From positions 1,260,001 to 1,292,000 of the forward strand of contig OX638337.1 of assembly GCA_951812855.1 (NCBI GenBank): a DNA stretch of 32,000 bases. Direction: 5' to 3'. This stretch comes from an uncultured Lentisphaeria bacterium. GTDB lineage: Bacteria; Verrucomicrobiota; Lentisphaeria; JABSQK01; JAJFLO01. Under the pieces are notes generated by a model. That model did not search any database. It worked only from the letters and a program-made list of their open reading frames with translations, and was not told the DNA's origin. Below, one piece after another: positions 18,061 to 27,360 of this stretch (position 1 is the first letter of the stretch; each line of letters starts with the position of its first letter). The position numbers and the translations under genes are program-made.

Positions 18061-18637
18061 ATTCTGCTTCCCGGTTGACTATAATTAAAATTTCAGTAAT
18101 TGATCATTTATGCCAATTGCGAAAATGATCGTCTGCTGCGTAAATCTTTTTATAGAATGATTCAGTAATGCTTGTTTCATTAAGGGTCTCATGAGACGCT
18201 TCGTCAATAAATAATAAGCCTCTTTTTCAGCACTGCATATTCGGGGTAATAATTTAATTACTGCACTTAACATCTCAATTGCTTTTTTGCATTACTGGTT
18301 TCAAGGCAGCTCTTCCCGAGCATGAAAAGAGTGGGTTGGAGTCAACAGTTCTGAAGCCTCTGAGGCTTTGATACCTGCTTCATGGAGTTTGAGACTTTCC
18401 CTACCTATATGTTTAAGTTTTTTGATTTCTATCCGGATCATTCAATAATCTTAATTTTAGTCGTTTAGCCCGGGTTTACATTATGATTTTAAACTATATA
18501 ATCTGCTCTTTTAATTGCAATTAAAAGTAAAAACCGGAAACGTGAACATTTTATTGGATATGAATTCGGCTATACTGAATAAAGATGTAAATTCTGCATG
18601 ATTTAAACATGCTCCGGAGAATAAAATTCCATTACCA

Positions 18638-20029
18638 ATGAAATCAAAAACTAAAACTGAGTCAAAGATTCCGGCAACAGATAATGATGAAACGATTGCT
18701 GCAATTTGCACGGGTGTCGGCGGGAGTATTTCAATTATTCGTATTTCTGGAAAAGACACTTTAAAGATATTTGGGAAAATTTGGCAATTTAAATCTGAGC
18801 GAACCGAAATCATACCCGGAAAACTGATTCAGGGAAATATCATTGATCGAAATGGTATAACAACGGACCAGTGCCTGGCAATTGTAATGAAATCACCAAA
18901 CAGTTATACCGGAGAAGATATTGTAGAACTTCATTGCCATGGCGGAGTATTGGTATCAAAATCTATCCTCATACTTATATTGTCTCACGGATGTCGACAC
19001 GCAGAACCGGGTGAGTTTACAAAGCGGGCTTTTATCAATGGGAAAATGGATTTAACTCAGGCTGAGGCTGTTCTGGACGTCATCGAAGCACAAAGTGAAA
19101 TGGCGCTTCATTCCGCCAATCGTCAGTTAGAAGGGAATTTACGATCAAGAGTCAATGATCTGTATGAGCATACAGAAATGTTACTTGCCGAGATTGAAAC
19201 AACAATGGATTTTACCGATGAGGATCTTGATTGGACGCCTGCTGCTGAAATTAATGGAAAACTGCAGATAATGATTGACAAAATTACTGCGTTATTACAG
19301 TCACGAAAAACAGGTGAAATTTTGCGTAATGGTATAAGTCTTGCCATTATCGGAATCCCAAATGCAGGAAAATCAAGTTTGCTCAACGCTATTTTAGGAA
19401 TGAATAGAGCAATTGTTACATCTGTTCCCGGGACAACACGGGATACATTAGAAGAAATTACTCAAATACGCGGAATACCCATTCGTCTTATTGATACTGC
19501 CGGGCTGAGAGATACCAACGACATGATCGAAAAAGCCGGAATTGCCAGAAGTATTGATTCCATGCAGGTGTCAAAAATTATTCTTTGGATTATTGATAGT
19601 GAAAAACCATTGAATCAACAATTATTAAGCAACAGACTCATCGAAGGAAAATCTGTCGTAGCTATTGCAAATAAAATTGATTTAAACAAAGATTTTGAAT
19701 TTCCAAACGATCTGGACTTTCCCTGTGTAAAAATCTCTGCAACTGAAGAAACAGGTTTAGAAGAATTATACGATAAGATTGAAATGGTGGTATGGCAATA
19801 TCCGCATAAAGATGAACCTGAGATAGCAATCAGTGCCCGACACGGGATTTTATTAGAAGATGCACAATCAAAATTAGTGAAATCCAAGACAACTCTTGCA
19901 AATCAAGATTTTGAACTTATGGCCGTTAATCTCAGATCTGTTTTGTTTGCTTTGGGGAGCATTACCGGAAAAACGATTGAGCCGGATATATTAGGTATAA
20001 TTTTTAATAAATTTTGTATTGGAAAATAA
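18638..20029 (+). CDS. mnmE: tRNA modification GTPase MnmE (TrmE)
   Basis: 463 aa. N-terminal ETIAAICTGVGGSISIIRISG. G-domain motifs G1 GIPNAGKSSLLNA, G3 DTAGLR, G4 NKID. The invariant C-terminal CIGK tail is present. Confidence 0.95.
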   Translation: MKSKTKTESKIPATDNDETIAAICTGVGGSISIIRISGKDTLKIFGKIWQFKSERTEIIPGKLIQGNIIDRNGITTDQCLAIVMKSPNSYTGEDIVELHCHGGVLVSKSILILILSHGCRHAEPGEFTKRAFINGKMDLTQAEAVLDVIEAQSEMALHSANRQLEGNLRSRVNDLYEHTEMLLAEIETTMDFTDEDLDWTPAAEINGKLQIMIDKITALLQSRKTGEILRNGISLAIIGIPNAGKSSLLNAILGMNRAIVTSVPGTTRDTLEEITQIRGIPIRLIDTAGLRDTNDMIEKAGIARSIDSMQVSKIILWIIDSEKPLNQQLLSNRLIEGKSVVAIANKIDLNKDFEFPNDLDFPCVKISATEETGLEELYDKIEMVVWQYPHKDEPEIAISARHGILLEDAQSKLVKSKTTLANQDFELMAVNLRSVLFALGSITGKTIEPDILGIIFNKFCIGK

Positions 20030-20651
20030 CCACGTCCAGCGTGTTCGTCCTGTCACCGGTTACAGAATGATTCAGGAGGGAGGACCATAAATTCACATTC
20101 ACAGGCTTGGCAAAATCAATTGCACTGTAAAATCCGGGTCTGATTTTGAACCGATATTCACATTACGGACAGCCTGTATCGTTTTGCCAATCACTATTGG
20201 CAAGATGGATATAGTATCTTCACAAATTGGTTGACTTATCCAGGCAGCACCTGGAAACAGTGCACAAGCTCATTTAAGTTTACTTCAAAAATAGCACATC
20301 CCAATATTTAGTGGACTGTTGCTTTGCTGCACCACACAGGCAGAATCTCCATACCGCTTCAATAATGATTAAATCTCACCCTTAAAAGTCATCATTGAAA
20401 GTGCTGCAAATAATTTGTGTATATTCCATTGAATTGGAACCATTCTAATACTTAATTGTCCTATTTTTCTAATTCTGAAAAGATCCAAATTCGTTATCTG
20501 ATTTTAAATTTTTTAAAAATGAATAACCTTGAGAAAAATCTCAAAGGTATCAACTTTTTAATTTAAGATTCATCCATGGCAGATCGTCAGAATTTAACCC
20601 GCTGAGTGGAATTAAAATGTTAAACTATTTCTCTAAAAAAGGAATCATCTT

Positions 20652-21674
20652 ATGGAACGTGCTGATATTCAGGAGCTGCAAAATCAAATAAAAGCTTCGT
20701 CATCATTTGTACAAACACTGAAAATTGAAATCGGTCGATTTATTGTTGGTCAGGAAACACTGATTAATCGATTGCTCGTTGGTCTGATCGCAAATGGACA
20801 TATTCTGGTGGAAGGAGTTCCCGGACTGGCCAAAACAATGGCAATTAATGTTCTGTCACAAGCTGTAGGCTTAGAGTTTTCGAGAATTCAGTTTACTCCG
20901 GACCTTTTGCCGGCAGATGTTGTGGGTACAACAATTTACAACCCTGAGGAACATACTTTCTCAGTTAAACAGGGACCGGTATTTGCAAATCTCATTCTTG
21001 CAGATGAAATAAACAGAGCACCGGCAAAGGTGCAAAGTGCTCTTCTTGAAGCAATGCAGGAACGGCAGGTTACAATCGGCGGGGAAAGCAGGCAAATACC
21101 ATCACCATTTCTGGTGATGGCAACACAAAACCCAATGGAACAGGAAGGAACCTACCCGCTTCCGGAAGCTCAGGTAGACCGATTTATGCTTAAACTTATG
21201 CTCGATTATCCATCAAGAGATGAAGAACGCATTATTCTGGAACGAATGGCTCATCCGGATGTGAAAACAGAAGCGACGTCTGTTGTTTCAATTGATGAAA
21301 TTATGAATGCAAGAAAATGGGTTGATCAAATCTATCTCGATGAAAAGATAACCGACTATATTCTCGATATTGTATTTGCAACCCGAAATGACAAGCGTCA
21401 CCAGCTTTCATTACGGCAGAAAGAGGCTAAACTCGATGAATTTTCTAATCTGATTCAATATGGTGCCTCGCCTCGTGCAACAGTTTGTCTGGCAATCGCT
21501 GCTAAAGCTGTTGCTTTCCTCGAGGGACGTGCCTATGTCGTTCCTCAGGACGTAAAGGACATTGCCCCCGATGTTCTTCGTCACAGAATTGTTCCCACTT
21601 ATGAAGCTGAAGCTGAAGATATGACAACAAGCGATTTAGTTAAGAAAATTTTAGACGAACTGAGAACTCCTTAA
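20652..21674 (+). CDS. MoxR-family AAA+ ATPase (first gene of Bat-type operon)
   Basis: 340 aa. Walker A VEGVPGLAKT, FSRIQFTPDLLPADVVG, Walker B ILADEINRAPAKVQSALLEAMQERQVT, ATQNPMEQEGTYPLPEAQVDRF, and a C-terminal lid with GASPRA. A Shine-Dalgarno-like AAGGA precedes the ATG. Confidence 0.92.
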   Translation: MERADIQELQNQIKASSSFVQTLKIEIGRFIVGQETLINRLLVGLIANGHILVEGVPGLAKTMAINVLSQAVGLEFSRIQFTPDLLPADVVGTTIYNPEEHTFSVKQGPVFANLILADEINRAPAKVQSALLEAMQERQVTIGGESRQIPSPFLVMATQNPMEQEGTYPLPEAQVDRFMLKLMLDYPSRDEERIILERMAHPDVKTEATSVVSIDEIMNARKWVDQIYLDEKITDYILDIVFATRNDKRHQLSLRQKEAKLDEFSNLIQYGASPRATVCLAIAAKAVAFLEGRAYVVPQDVKDIAPDVLRHRIVPTYEAEAEDMTTSDLVKKILDELRTP

Positions 21675-21741
21675 CCGCCCCGGCCTTACCGACATGATGT
21701 TATGCATGTCTACAGAACCCCAACATAAACAGTGAAAAATT

Positions 21742-22617
21742 ATGCAGGCAAAAAAAATCTTACAAAAAGTACGGAAAATAGAAATTCGTACTCGGCGGAT
21801 CGTAGATGAATTAACCGGCGGTGCATATCACAGTGTATTCAAAGGAAAGGGAATGGAGTTCGATGAAGTAAGAGAATACTTCCCCGGAGACGATGTTCGT
21901 GCAATTGATTGGAACGTCACTGCCAGAATGGGAGAACCGTACATTAAAAAATTTGTAGAGGAAAGAGAACTGACCGTATTTCTACTTGTTGATGTGTCAG
22001 CTTCAGGTGATTTTGGAAGTGAAAGTCAGAGCAAAAATACGCTCGCAGCTGAATTAGCCGCTGTAATTGCATTCAATGCGATTCGGAATAATGATCAGGT
22101 GGGATTGCTGCTTTTTTCAAATCAGGATGAACTCCATTTACCCCCTCGAAAAGGGCGACAGCATGTACTCCGATTGATCCGTGAATTAATAGCCCATGAA
22201 CGGGTTAATAAACAAACGAGTATTAAAAATGCATTAGAAACCTTTATGAAGGTTACGCCACGAAAAACAGTTGTTTTTCTGATTAGTGATTTTATCGATG
22301 ATGGTTTTCAGCAGGCTCTTATGATTGCGAATAAAAAACATGATCTGGTTGCAATGAGAATCATTGATGATAGAGAACTGGAAATGGAATCGGCCGGTTA
22401 TATCTCCGTAGAAGATGCCGAATCCGGAGATGTGCTGACTTACCCAAGCCAATCGGAGCATAATCGGAATCGGTTTAAGAAACACAGTACAATTGCTCAT
22501 CAGTCTATTATTGATTCCTGTCGACGTGCAGGAGTCGATCTCATTGACATTGTGAATGGCCGGGATTACGTCAAACCATTGATGCAATTCTTTCGGACAC
22601 GTGAAAAACGACGGTAG
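21742..22617 (+). CDS. DUF58-family protein (VWA-fold partner of MoxR)
   Basis: 291 aa. Hallmark REYFPGDDVRAIDWNVTARMGEPYIKKFVEERELTVFLLVDVSASG, followed by a degenerate VWA-like domain. Confidence 0.88.
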   Translation: MQAKKILQKVRKIEIRTRRIVDELTGGAYHSVFKGKGMEFDEVREYFPGDDVRAIDWNVTARMGEPYIKKFVEERELTVFLLVDVSASGDFGSESQSKNTLAAELAAVIAFNAIRNNDQVGLLLFSNQDELHLPPRKGRQHVLRLIRELIAHERVNKQTSIKNALETFMKVTPRKTVVFLISDFIDDGFQQALMIANKKHDLVAMRIIDDRELEMESAGYISVEDAESGDVLTYPSQSEHNRNRFKKHSTIAHQSIIDSCRRAGVDLIDIVNGRDYVKPLMQFFRTREKRR

Positions 22618-22823
22618 TATATATAGACAATGGATGTGTTTGTAAGCCGGCATTTATAAATACCACATAATTTGGCTCAGGATTAGTTGAAGTCTTTTTA
22701 ATTCAATGAGTTTAATCAATTTTTAATTCCTAAAAATTTTTGTTTTGATCAGGCTTGGGTACCGGGGTGCAGGTTGGTTGTTTTGAAAAGTGGACAGCAG
22801 AATAACACAATGAGAATGATGAC

Positions 22824-23828
22824 ATGAATAAACTTTTTAAGAAAATAATTAAATACGGCGGCATTTTTACCGTATTGTCAGCCATCATTTTTGCCTTTTT
22901 CTTCTGGAGGAGTTTAAATAGTCAGGATCCTCCAAAAGTCCTGAATGTTGCACTGACTCCTGAGACAAAGCATATCGGTGATGTGATCAGTGTCGAAATG
23001 ACCATTGAATTGCCATGGTACCGGAAGTTGATCGGTAAAGCTCAGGTAAAAATGCCTGAGGGATTGCAGGTTGTCGGAAATGATGTCAACCAATTTGGCC
23101 GACTGAGATTAGGGACCTGGGAGTGGAAGAAAATTATTCAATTTCAGGCATACGATTTTGGTCCGTTTTCGGAATTGGAATCGGTGATTATACTGACTCC
23201 AGACCGATTGGATGGGAATGATTCAATTACAGTAAAAATCCCTGAAATTTCTATTCAGTCAATGCTGGATGACGGCAATGATGAACTGCGGATCGCAGAG
23301 GAATTATCCGACGATTTTTTAAAGTCGAATACCCAAAAGAGTAATCATTACAGTCTAATCGCAATTGTATTGGCAGTGATCATTCTTTTATCATTTTTTC
23401 TGTTAAAAAAGAGAACACATAAAATTGTTGTCCCCCCTAAACCATGGATCGTTGCCGAATCAATGCTGATGCAGTTACAGGAACGATTCCCCCTTGATGC
23501 AGAAACGGTTTTTGTTGAACTGACAGACATTGTCAGAAAGTATATTGAAGCTGCATTTGAGTTGCCGGCTGCAGAAATGACGACGCCGGAATTTCTAAAT
23601 CAAATAAATCAGGATTCAAAAAGCTTAAACACAGATCAAAAATTATTATTGACCGATTTTTTAACCGCAGCTGATATGGTTAAGTTTGCACGAGTTGACG
23701 TTAATCAGGGGCAAATTGATGAAACTCTGAAAAAGGCGAAACGATTTGTAGTCGAGACTTCGGAAGAGATTATAAAACAGAGTTTAGTGGGCAAATCACC
23801 AGACAGAGCACATGAAAAATCTATTTAA
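22824..23828 (+). CDS. Membrane protein: N-terminal anchor + BatD-N-like beta-sandwich region + TM + DUF4381-like C-terminal domain
   Basis: 334 aa. It occupies the third slot of Bat operons. The C-terminal half (TM LIAIVLAVIILLSFFLL, then PKPWIVAESMLMQLQ...FVELTDIVRKYIEAAFELPAAEMTTPEFLNQI...LLTDFLTAADMVKFARV) matches the DUF4381 pattern. The N-terminal ~170 aa are an extra, probably Ig-like, domain. Confidence 0.6.
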   Translation: MNKLFKKIIKYGGIFTVLSAIIFAFFFWRSLNSQDPPKVLNVALTPETKHIGDVISVEMTIELPWYRKLIGKAQVKMPEGLQVVGNDVNQFGRLRLGTWEWKKIIQFQAYDFGPFSELESVIILTPDRLDGNDSITVKIPEISIQSMLDDGNDELRIAEELSDDFLKSNTQKSNHYSLIAIVLAVIILLSFFLLKKRTHKIVVPPKPWIVAESMLMQLQERFPLDAETVFVELTDIVRKYIEAAFELPAAEMTTPEFLNQINQDSKSLNTDQKLLLTDFLTAADMVKFARVDVNQGQIDETLKKAKRFVVETSEEIIKQSLVGKSPDRAHEKSI

Positions 23829-24888
23829 TCAATTAATAACAAATGAATTGTATCACCTTGAATCGCCCTGGTTCATGGTCCTTTTCCCAGTTATTCTAAT
23901 CATCACGGCCGCAGCTTATTTTAAACGAAATCCAACTGTTATTGTGTCTACAATTCAATCCTATGCCGTGTCGGTAACGCCGCGGCAAAAAATTTTCTTG
24001 CCGACTAAATTACCGCTGATATTAAGCAGTCTGGGTTTAGTCAGTTTAATGATTGCCATGATTCGCCCTCAACATGGTATAGAAGAAACGATTCGCAGAA
24101 CCGAAGGCATTGACATTATGTTAGCACTTGATGTCTCTGGCAGTATGGCGGCCTTTGATGTTCCAAAATCTGTAAGCAATAGCAGAACCGTTATTAAAAT
24201 GCTGGAAAATGGTAAGCTGCGCCCGCGTATAGACGTTGCAAAAGAGGAAGTGAAACGGTTTATTCAAAAACGCCCAAATGATCGTATTGGTTTAATCGCG
24301 TTTTCAGCTAATACATATACGGTGTGCCCGCCAACATTAGATCATGCATTCTTAGAGAGTCATCTGGCTCGGCTGGAAGCAGGGATGTTGCCGGATGGTA
24401 CAGGGATTGCCGCTCCCATTGCCAATTCAACGACTCGATTAAAAGAATCAAAAGCAAAACGAAGGGTATTGGTTTTATTCACTGATGGTGAGAATAATGT
24501 AGACGCTCAGGTAACGCCGGTTCAAGCTGCAAAGATTTCAAAAATGTTTGATGTCATCATTCATACCGTCGGTATCGGCAGTGACCGGGCCTATGTAATC
24601 CGGCCGACGTTTTTTGGCAGACAGCAGCTTATTGAAGCCCGGGGAAGTTTTAATAAGAAGTTACTCACCGATATTTCCACAGAAACAAGCGGCCAATACT
24701 TTGCTGCTGAGGATGCTGAAGGATTAAGAGAGGTAATGAAAAAAATTGATACTCTTGAAAAAACAAGCATGGAACAGCCGACTTACATTGATTATAAAGA
24801 GTTATATAAAAATTGGTTGTACGGCGGACTGATTTTGATTCTGTGTGGGTTTTTATTGGAGAATACACTGTGTTTGAGAGTCCCCTGA
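23812..24888 (+). CDS. batA: BatA-like membrane-anchored von Willebrand factor A protein
   Basis: 358 aa. Two N-terminal TM helices (SPWFMVLFPVILIITAAAYF; LILSSLGLVSLMIAMI). VWA with MIDAS DIMLALDVSGSM and VLVLFTDGENN. C-terminal TM LYGGLILILCGFLL. The start overlaps the preceding gene by 17 nt. Confidence 0.85.
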   Translation: MKNLFNQLITNELYHLESPWFMVLFPVILIITAAAYFKRNPTVIVSTIQSYAVSVTPRQKIFLPTKLPLILSSLGLVSLMIAMIRPQHGIEETIRRTEGIDIMLALDVSGSMAAFDVPKSVSNSRTVIKMLENGKLRPRIDVAKEEVKRFIQKRPNDRIGLIAFSANTYTVCPPTLDHAFLESHLARLEAGMLPDGTGIAAPIANSTTRLKESKAKRRVLVLFTDGENNVDAQVTPVQAAKISKMFDVIIHTVGIGSDRAYVIRPTFFGRQQLIEARGSFNKKLLTDISTETSGQYFAAEDAEGLREVMKKIDTLEKTSMEQPTYIDYKELYKNWLYGGLILILCGFLLENTLCLRVP

Positions 24889-24932
24889 TGCTATTTAGAA
24901 TCTATTTTTCTACACTGAATTATGGTTAAATC

Positions 24933-27230
24933 ATGAATTTTAATGAACCAAATATATTCTTGAACTTATTTTGGCTCCTGCCGATAATATGGGTCGCGTT
25001 GTATTATGGAAGTGCGGTACGCAGTAAAAAACTAAGCCGATTTGTTAAAAGTGAAGAATTAAAAAATCAATTAACAATCAATGTATCAAAATTCAGGCGA
25101 CAGGTTAGAGAGGTTTTTTTCTTACTGGGAATTTTATTTCTAATTACAGCAGTTGCGGGGCCTCATTGGGGAACAAAACTTATAAAACGTCCCGGCCAAA
25201 GCCGAGATTTATTAGTCGTCCTTGATACATCAAGAAGTATGTTGGCAAACGATATTTCACCGTCTCGTTTAAAGCATGCAAAGTGGTTTATACGTAATTT
25301 ACTTGACCAAACTCCCGGCGACCGATATGGATTGATCGCTTTTGCCGGGACTGCGTTTCTGGAATGTCCACTCACTCAGGACAGAAACGGATTTATGTTA
25401 TTTCTGAATGATATAAATACAGATACAATTCCGGTTGGAGGTACAAATATTGAAAAAGCACTTGAAACAGCATTGGAGGCATTTAAGGCTGCAGAAGGTA
25501 GTAACAGAGCTGTGATTTTTATTACCGATGGTGACGAATTACAGGGAGATTCGAGTAACATTATTGAAGATTTTAAGGAACGGAATATACCCATTTTTGT
25601 TGTCGGAATTGGCGATCCAAATCTTGGGAGTTTCATTCAGGTTGAAGGAAATAAATTCGTATTGGATAAAAATGGAGATCGTGTAAAATCAAAATTAAAT
25701 GAATCATCGCTGCAGCACATCGCAGCAAAAGCAGGCGGAACGTACGTTCACTCCACTGTTGTTCACGATGGATTGGATCATATTGTGGATAGAGTAAGAA
25801 ATTTAGTTCCTGAACAACATGAAGATAACACCGTATCCAGACCAGTCGAACGGTATCAGATTCCCTTGTTCATTAGTTTTATATGTTTTTCAATTCGATT
25901 ATTAACAGGTGAAAGAAAACAAATCATGAAACCATTATCATCAACGGCAAATCAATTAACTTCAAATAATATTTCCAATGTCGCAGTGTTATTAATTTTA
26001 GGGGTTAATATTTATTTATCAGCACTATTTGTTAATGCACAGAAAGATGATGACGTGGCCGATTCTCCACTGTTAGACTCACCTGTTTTATTTCCTTCTT
26101 ATCCGAACAATGTATCTCCGAATCCTCCGGGTAATCCCCCTCAAATGATGCGTGTAAACAGCGAAAAAGATAAAATGATTTATGAATCCATCGATTCTCT
26201 TTTAAGTCAACTGGAAAATGCTGCAGAACCATTAGAACAGGCTTACCTGCATTATAATCTTGGCGTCAATTATCAATTATTAGGGCGGGAAACTCAGGCT
26301 GAAACGGAATACAATTATGCCCTGGACTCCGGTATTGATTCTGATGAACTTAAAGGTGTTGTCTATCAGAATTTGGGCGTTTTAAAACACCGGGAAAGCA
26401 GAGAAAACATTGCTGCTGATTCAGATGCTGCAATGGAAAGCCTATCTCAGGCACAAGCATATTATCGAGAGGCGATGCGTTATAACCCAAGACTGAAAGA
26501 TATCGCAGTCAATCAGGAATTAGTGTTGAAAGATCGGAAATTGATAGAGGAACTTAAGAATCTTCAACAGCAAATAAGTGATATGCAAAAGGACGCTCAG
26601 GAACGGACTCAGGAAGCACTTGATGCACAGCAGGATGCGAATCAGGAGACAGATTCTGCGGCACAGGATCAAAAACAGGCTGAGGCAAAAAGTAAAACGG
26701 AACAAGCAAAGAAAAGTACCGAAGAGCTGGAAGAGGCTGTGCGTCAAATGGGGCAGGAAAATGCCGCTGACTATTTTAAGCAGGCAAAGGAAAAATTAGA
26801 TCAGGCAGAGGCGGAACAGACAAAGGCAATGCAGAAAGCAGGACAAGACGGGGAGGAAAAAGAGTCTTCTGAAAAAGCCGAAGATTTAATCAGTCAGGCT
26901 CTAAATCAACTGGGTATAAAGCAGGAAAAAAATGATGAGGATTCCGATAGTGAAGAAACCCAGGCCGGGCAGAAAGGTGACGAGTCTGAAGAAGAAAATG
27001 AAAATGATGATCAAAAAGATGCATTAAGTGAGGAATCAAAAGGGGCACAAACGTCCGGAGAACAATCTGATTCAGATAATGAAAGTGAAAATGATTTAAG
27101 GAATTTAGATCAAATACAGGCCTTGAGTATATTAAACTCAATGCAGGAACAGGAACGTGATCTTAAGAAAGATTTAAAAGAAGCTGAAAAACAAAAAATG
27201 GGTGTTAAAGACGTAACAGAAAACTGGTAG
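24933..27230 (+). CDS. batB: BatB-like VWA protein fused to a BatC-like TPR/coiled-coil region with a long acidic tail
   Basis: 765 aa. N-terminal TMs, VWA with MIDAS LLVVLDTSRSM and AVIFITDGDE, then mid-protein TM helices. These are followed by TPR-like repeats (AYLHYNLGVNYQLLGRETQAETEYNYAL...AQAYYREAMRYNP) and about 230 aa of Glu/Asp/Gln/Lys-rich coiled-coil and low-complexity sequence. Confidence 0.8.
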   Translation: MNFNEPNIFLNLFWLLPIIWVALYYGSAVRSKKLSRFVKSEELKNQLTINVSKFRRQVREVFFLLGILFLITAVAGPHWGTKLIKRPGQSRDLLVVLDTSRSMLANDISPSRLKHAKWFIRNLLDQTPGDRYGLIAFAGTAFLECPLTQDRNGFMLFLNDINTDTIPVGGTNIEKALETALEAFKAAEGSNRAVIFITDGDELQGDSSNIIEDFKERNIPIFVVGIGDPNLGSFIQVEGNKFVLDKNGDRVKSKLNESSLQHIAAKAGGTYVHSTVVHDGLDHIVDRVRNLVPEQHEDNTVSRPVERYQIPLFISFICFSIRLLTGERKQIMKPLSSTANQLTSNNISNVAVLLILGVNIYLSALFVNAQKDDDVADSPLLDSPVLFPSYPNNVSPNPPGNPPQMMRVNSEKDKMIYESIDSLLSQLENAAEPLEQAYLHYNLGVNYQLLGRETQAETEYNYALDSGIDSDELKGVVYQNLGVLKHRESRENIAADSDAAMESLSQAQAYYREAMRYNPRLKDIAVNQELVLKDRKLIEELKNLQQQISDMQKDAQERTQEALDAQQDANQETDSAAQDQKQAEAKSKTEQAKKSTEELEEAVRQMGQENAADYFKQAKEKLDQAEAEQTKAMQKAGQDGEEKESSEKAEDLISQALNQLGIKQEKNDEDSDSEETQAGQKGDESEEENENDDQKDALSEESKGAQTSGEQSDSDNESENDLRNLDQIQALSILNSMQEQERDLKKDLKEAEKQKMGVKDVTENW

Positions 27231-27360
27231 TGACGGCTGAAGCTTGAGTAGATTCAGGAGTGACTTTTAATTTATTAACGGGTATAATTCAAACATAACC
27301 GGAACGAGCCATATTTTTCATGCAGAATTTGAACACCAAATATAATTTAACTGCACTTTT

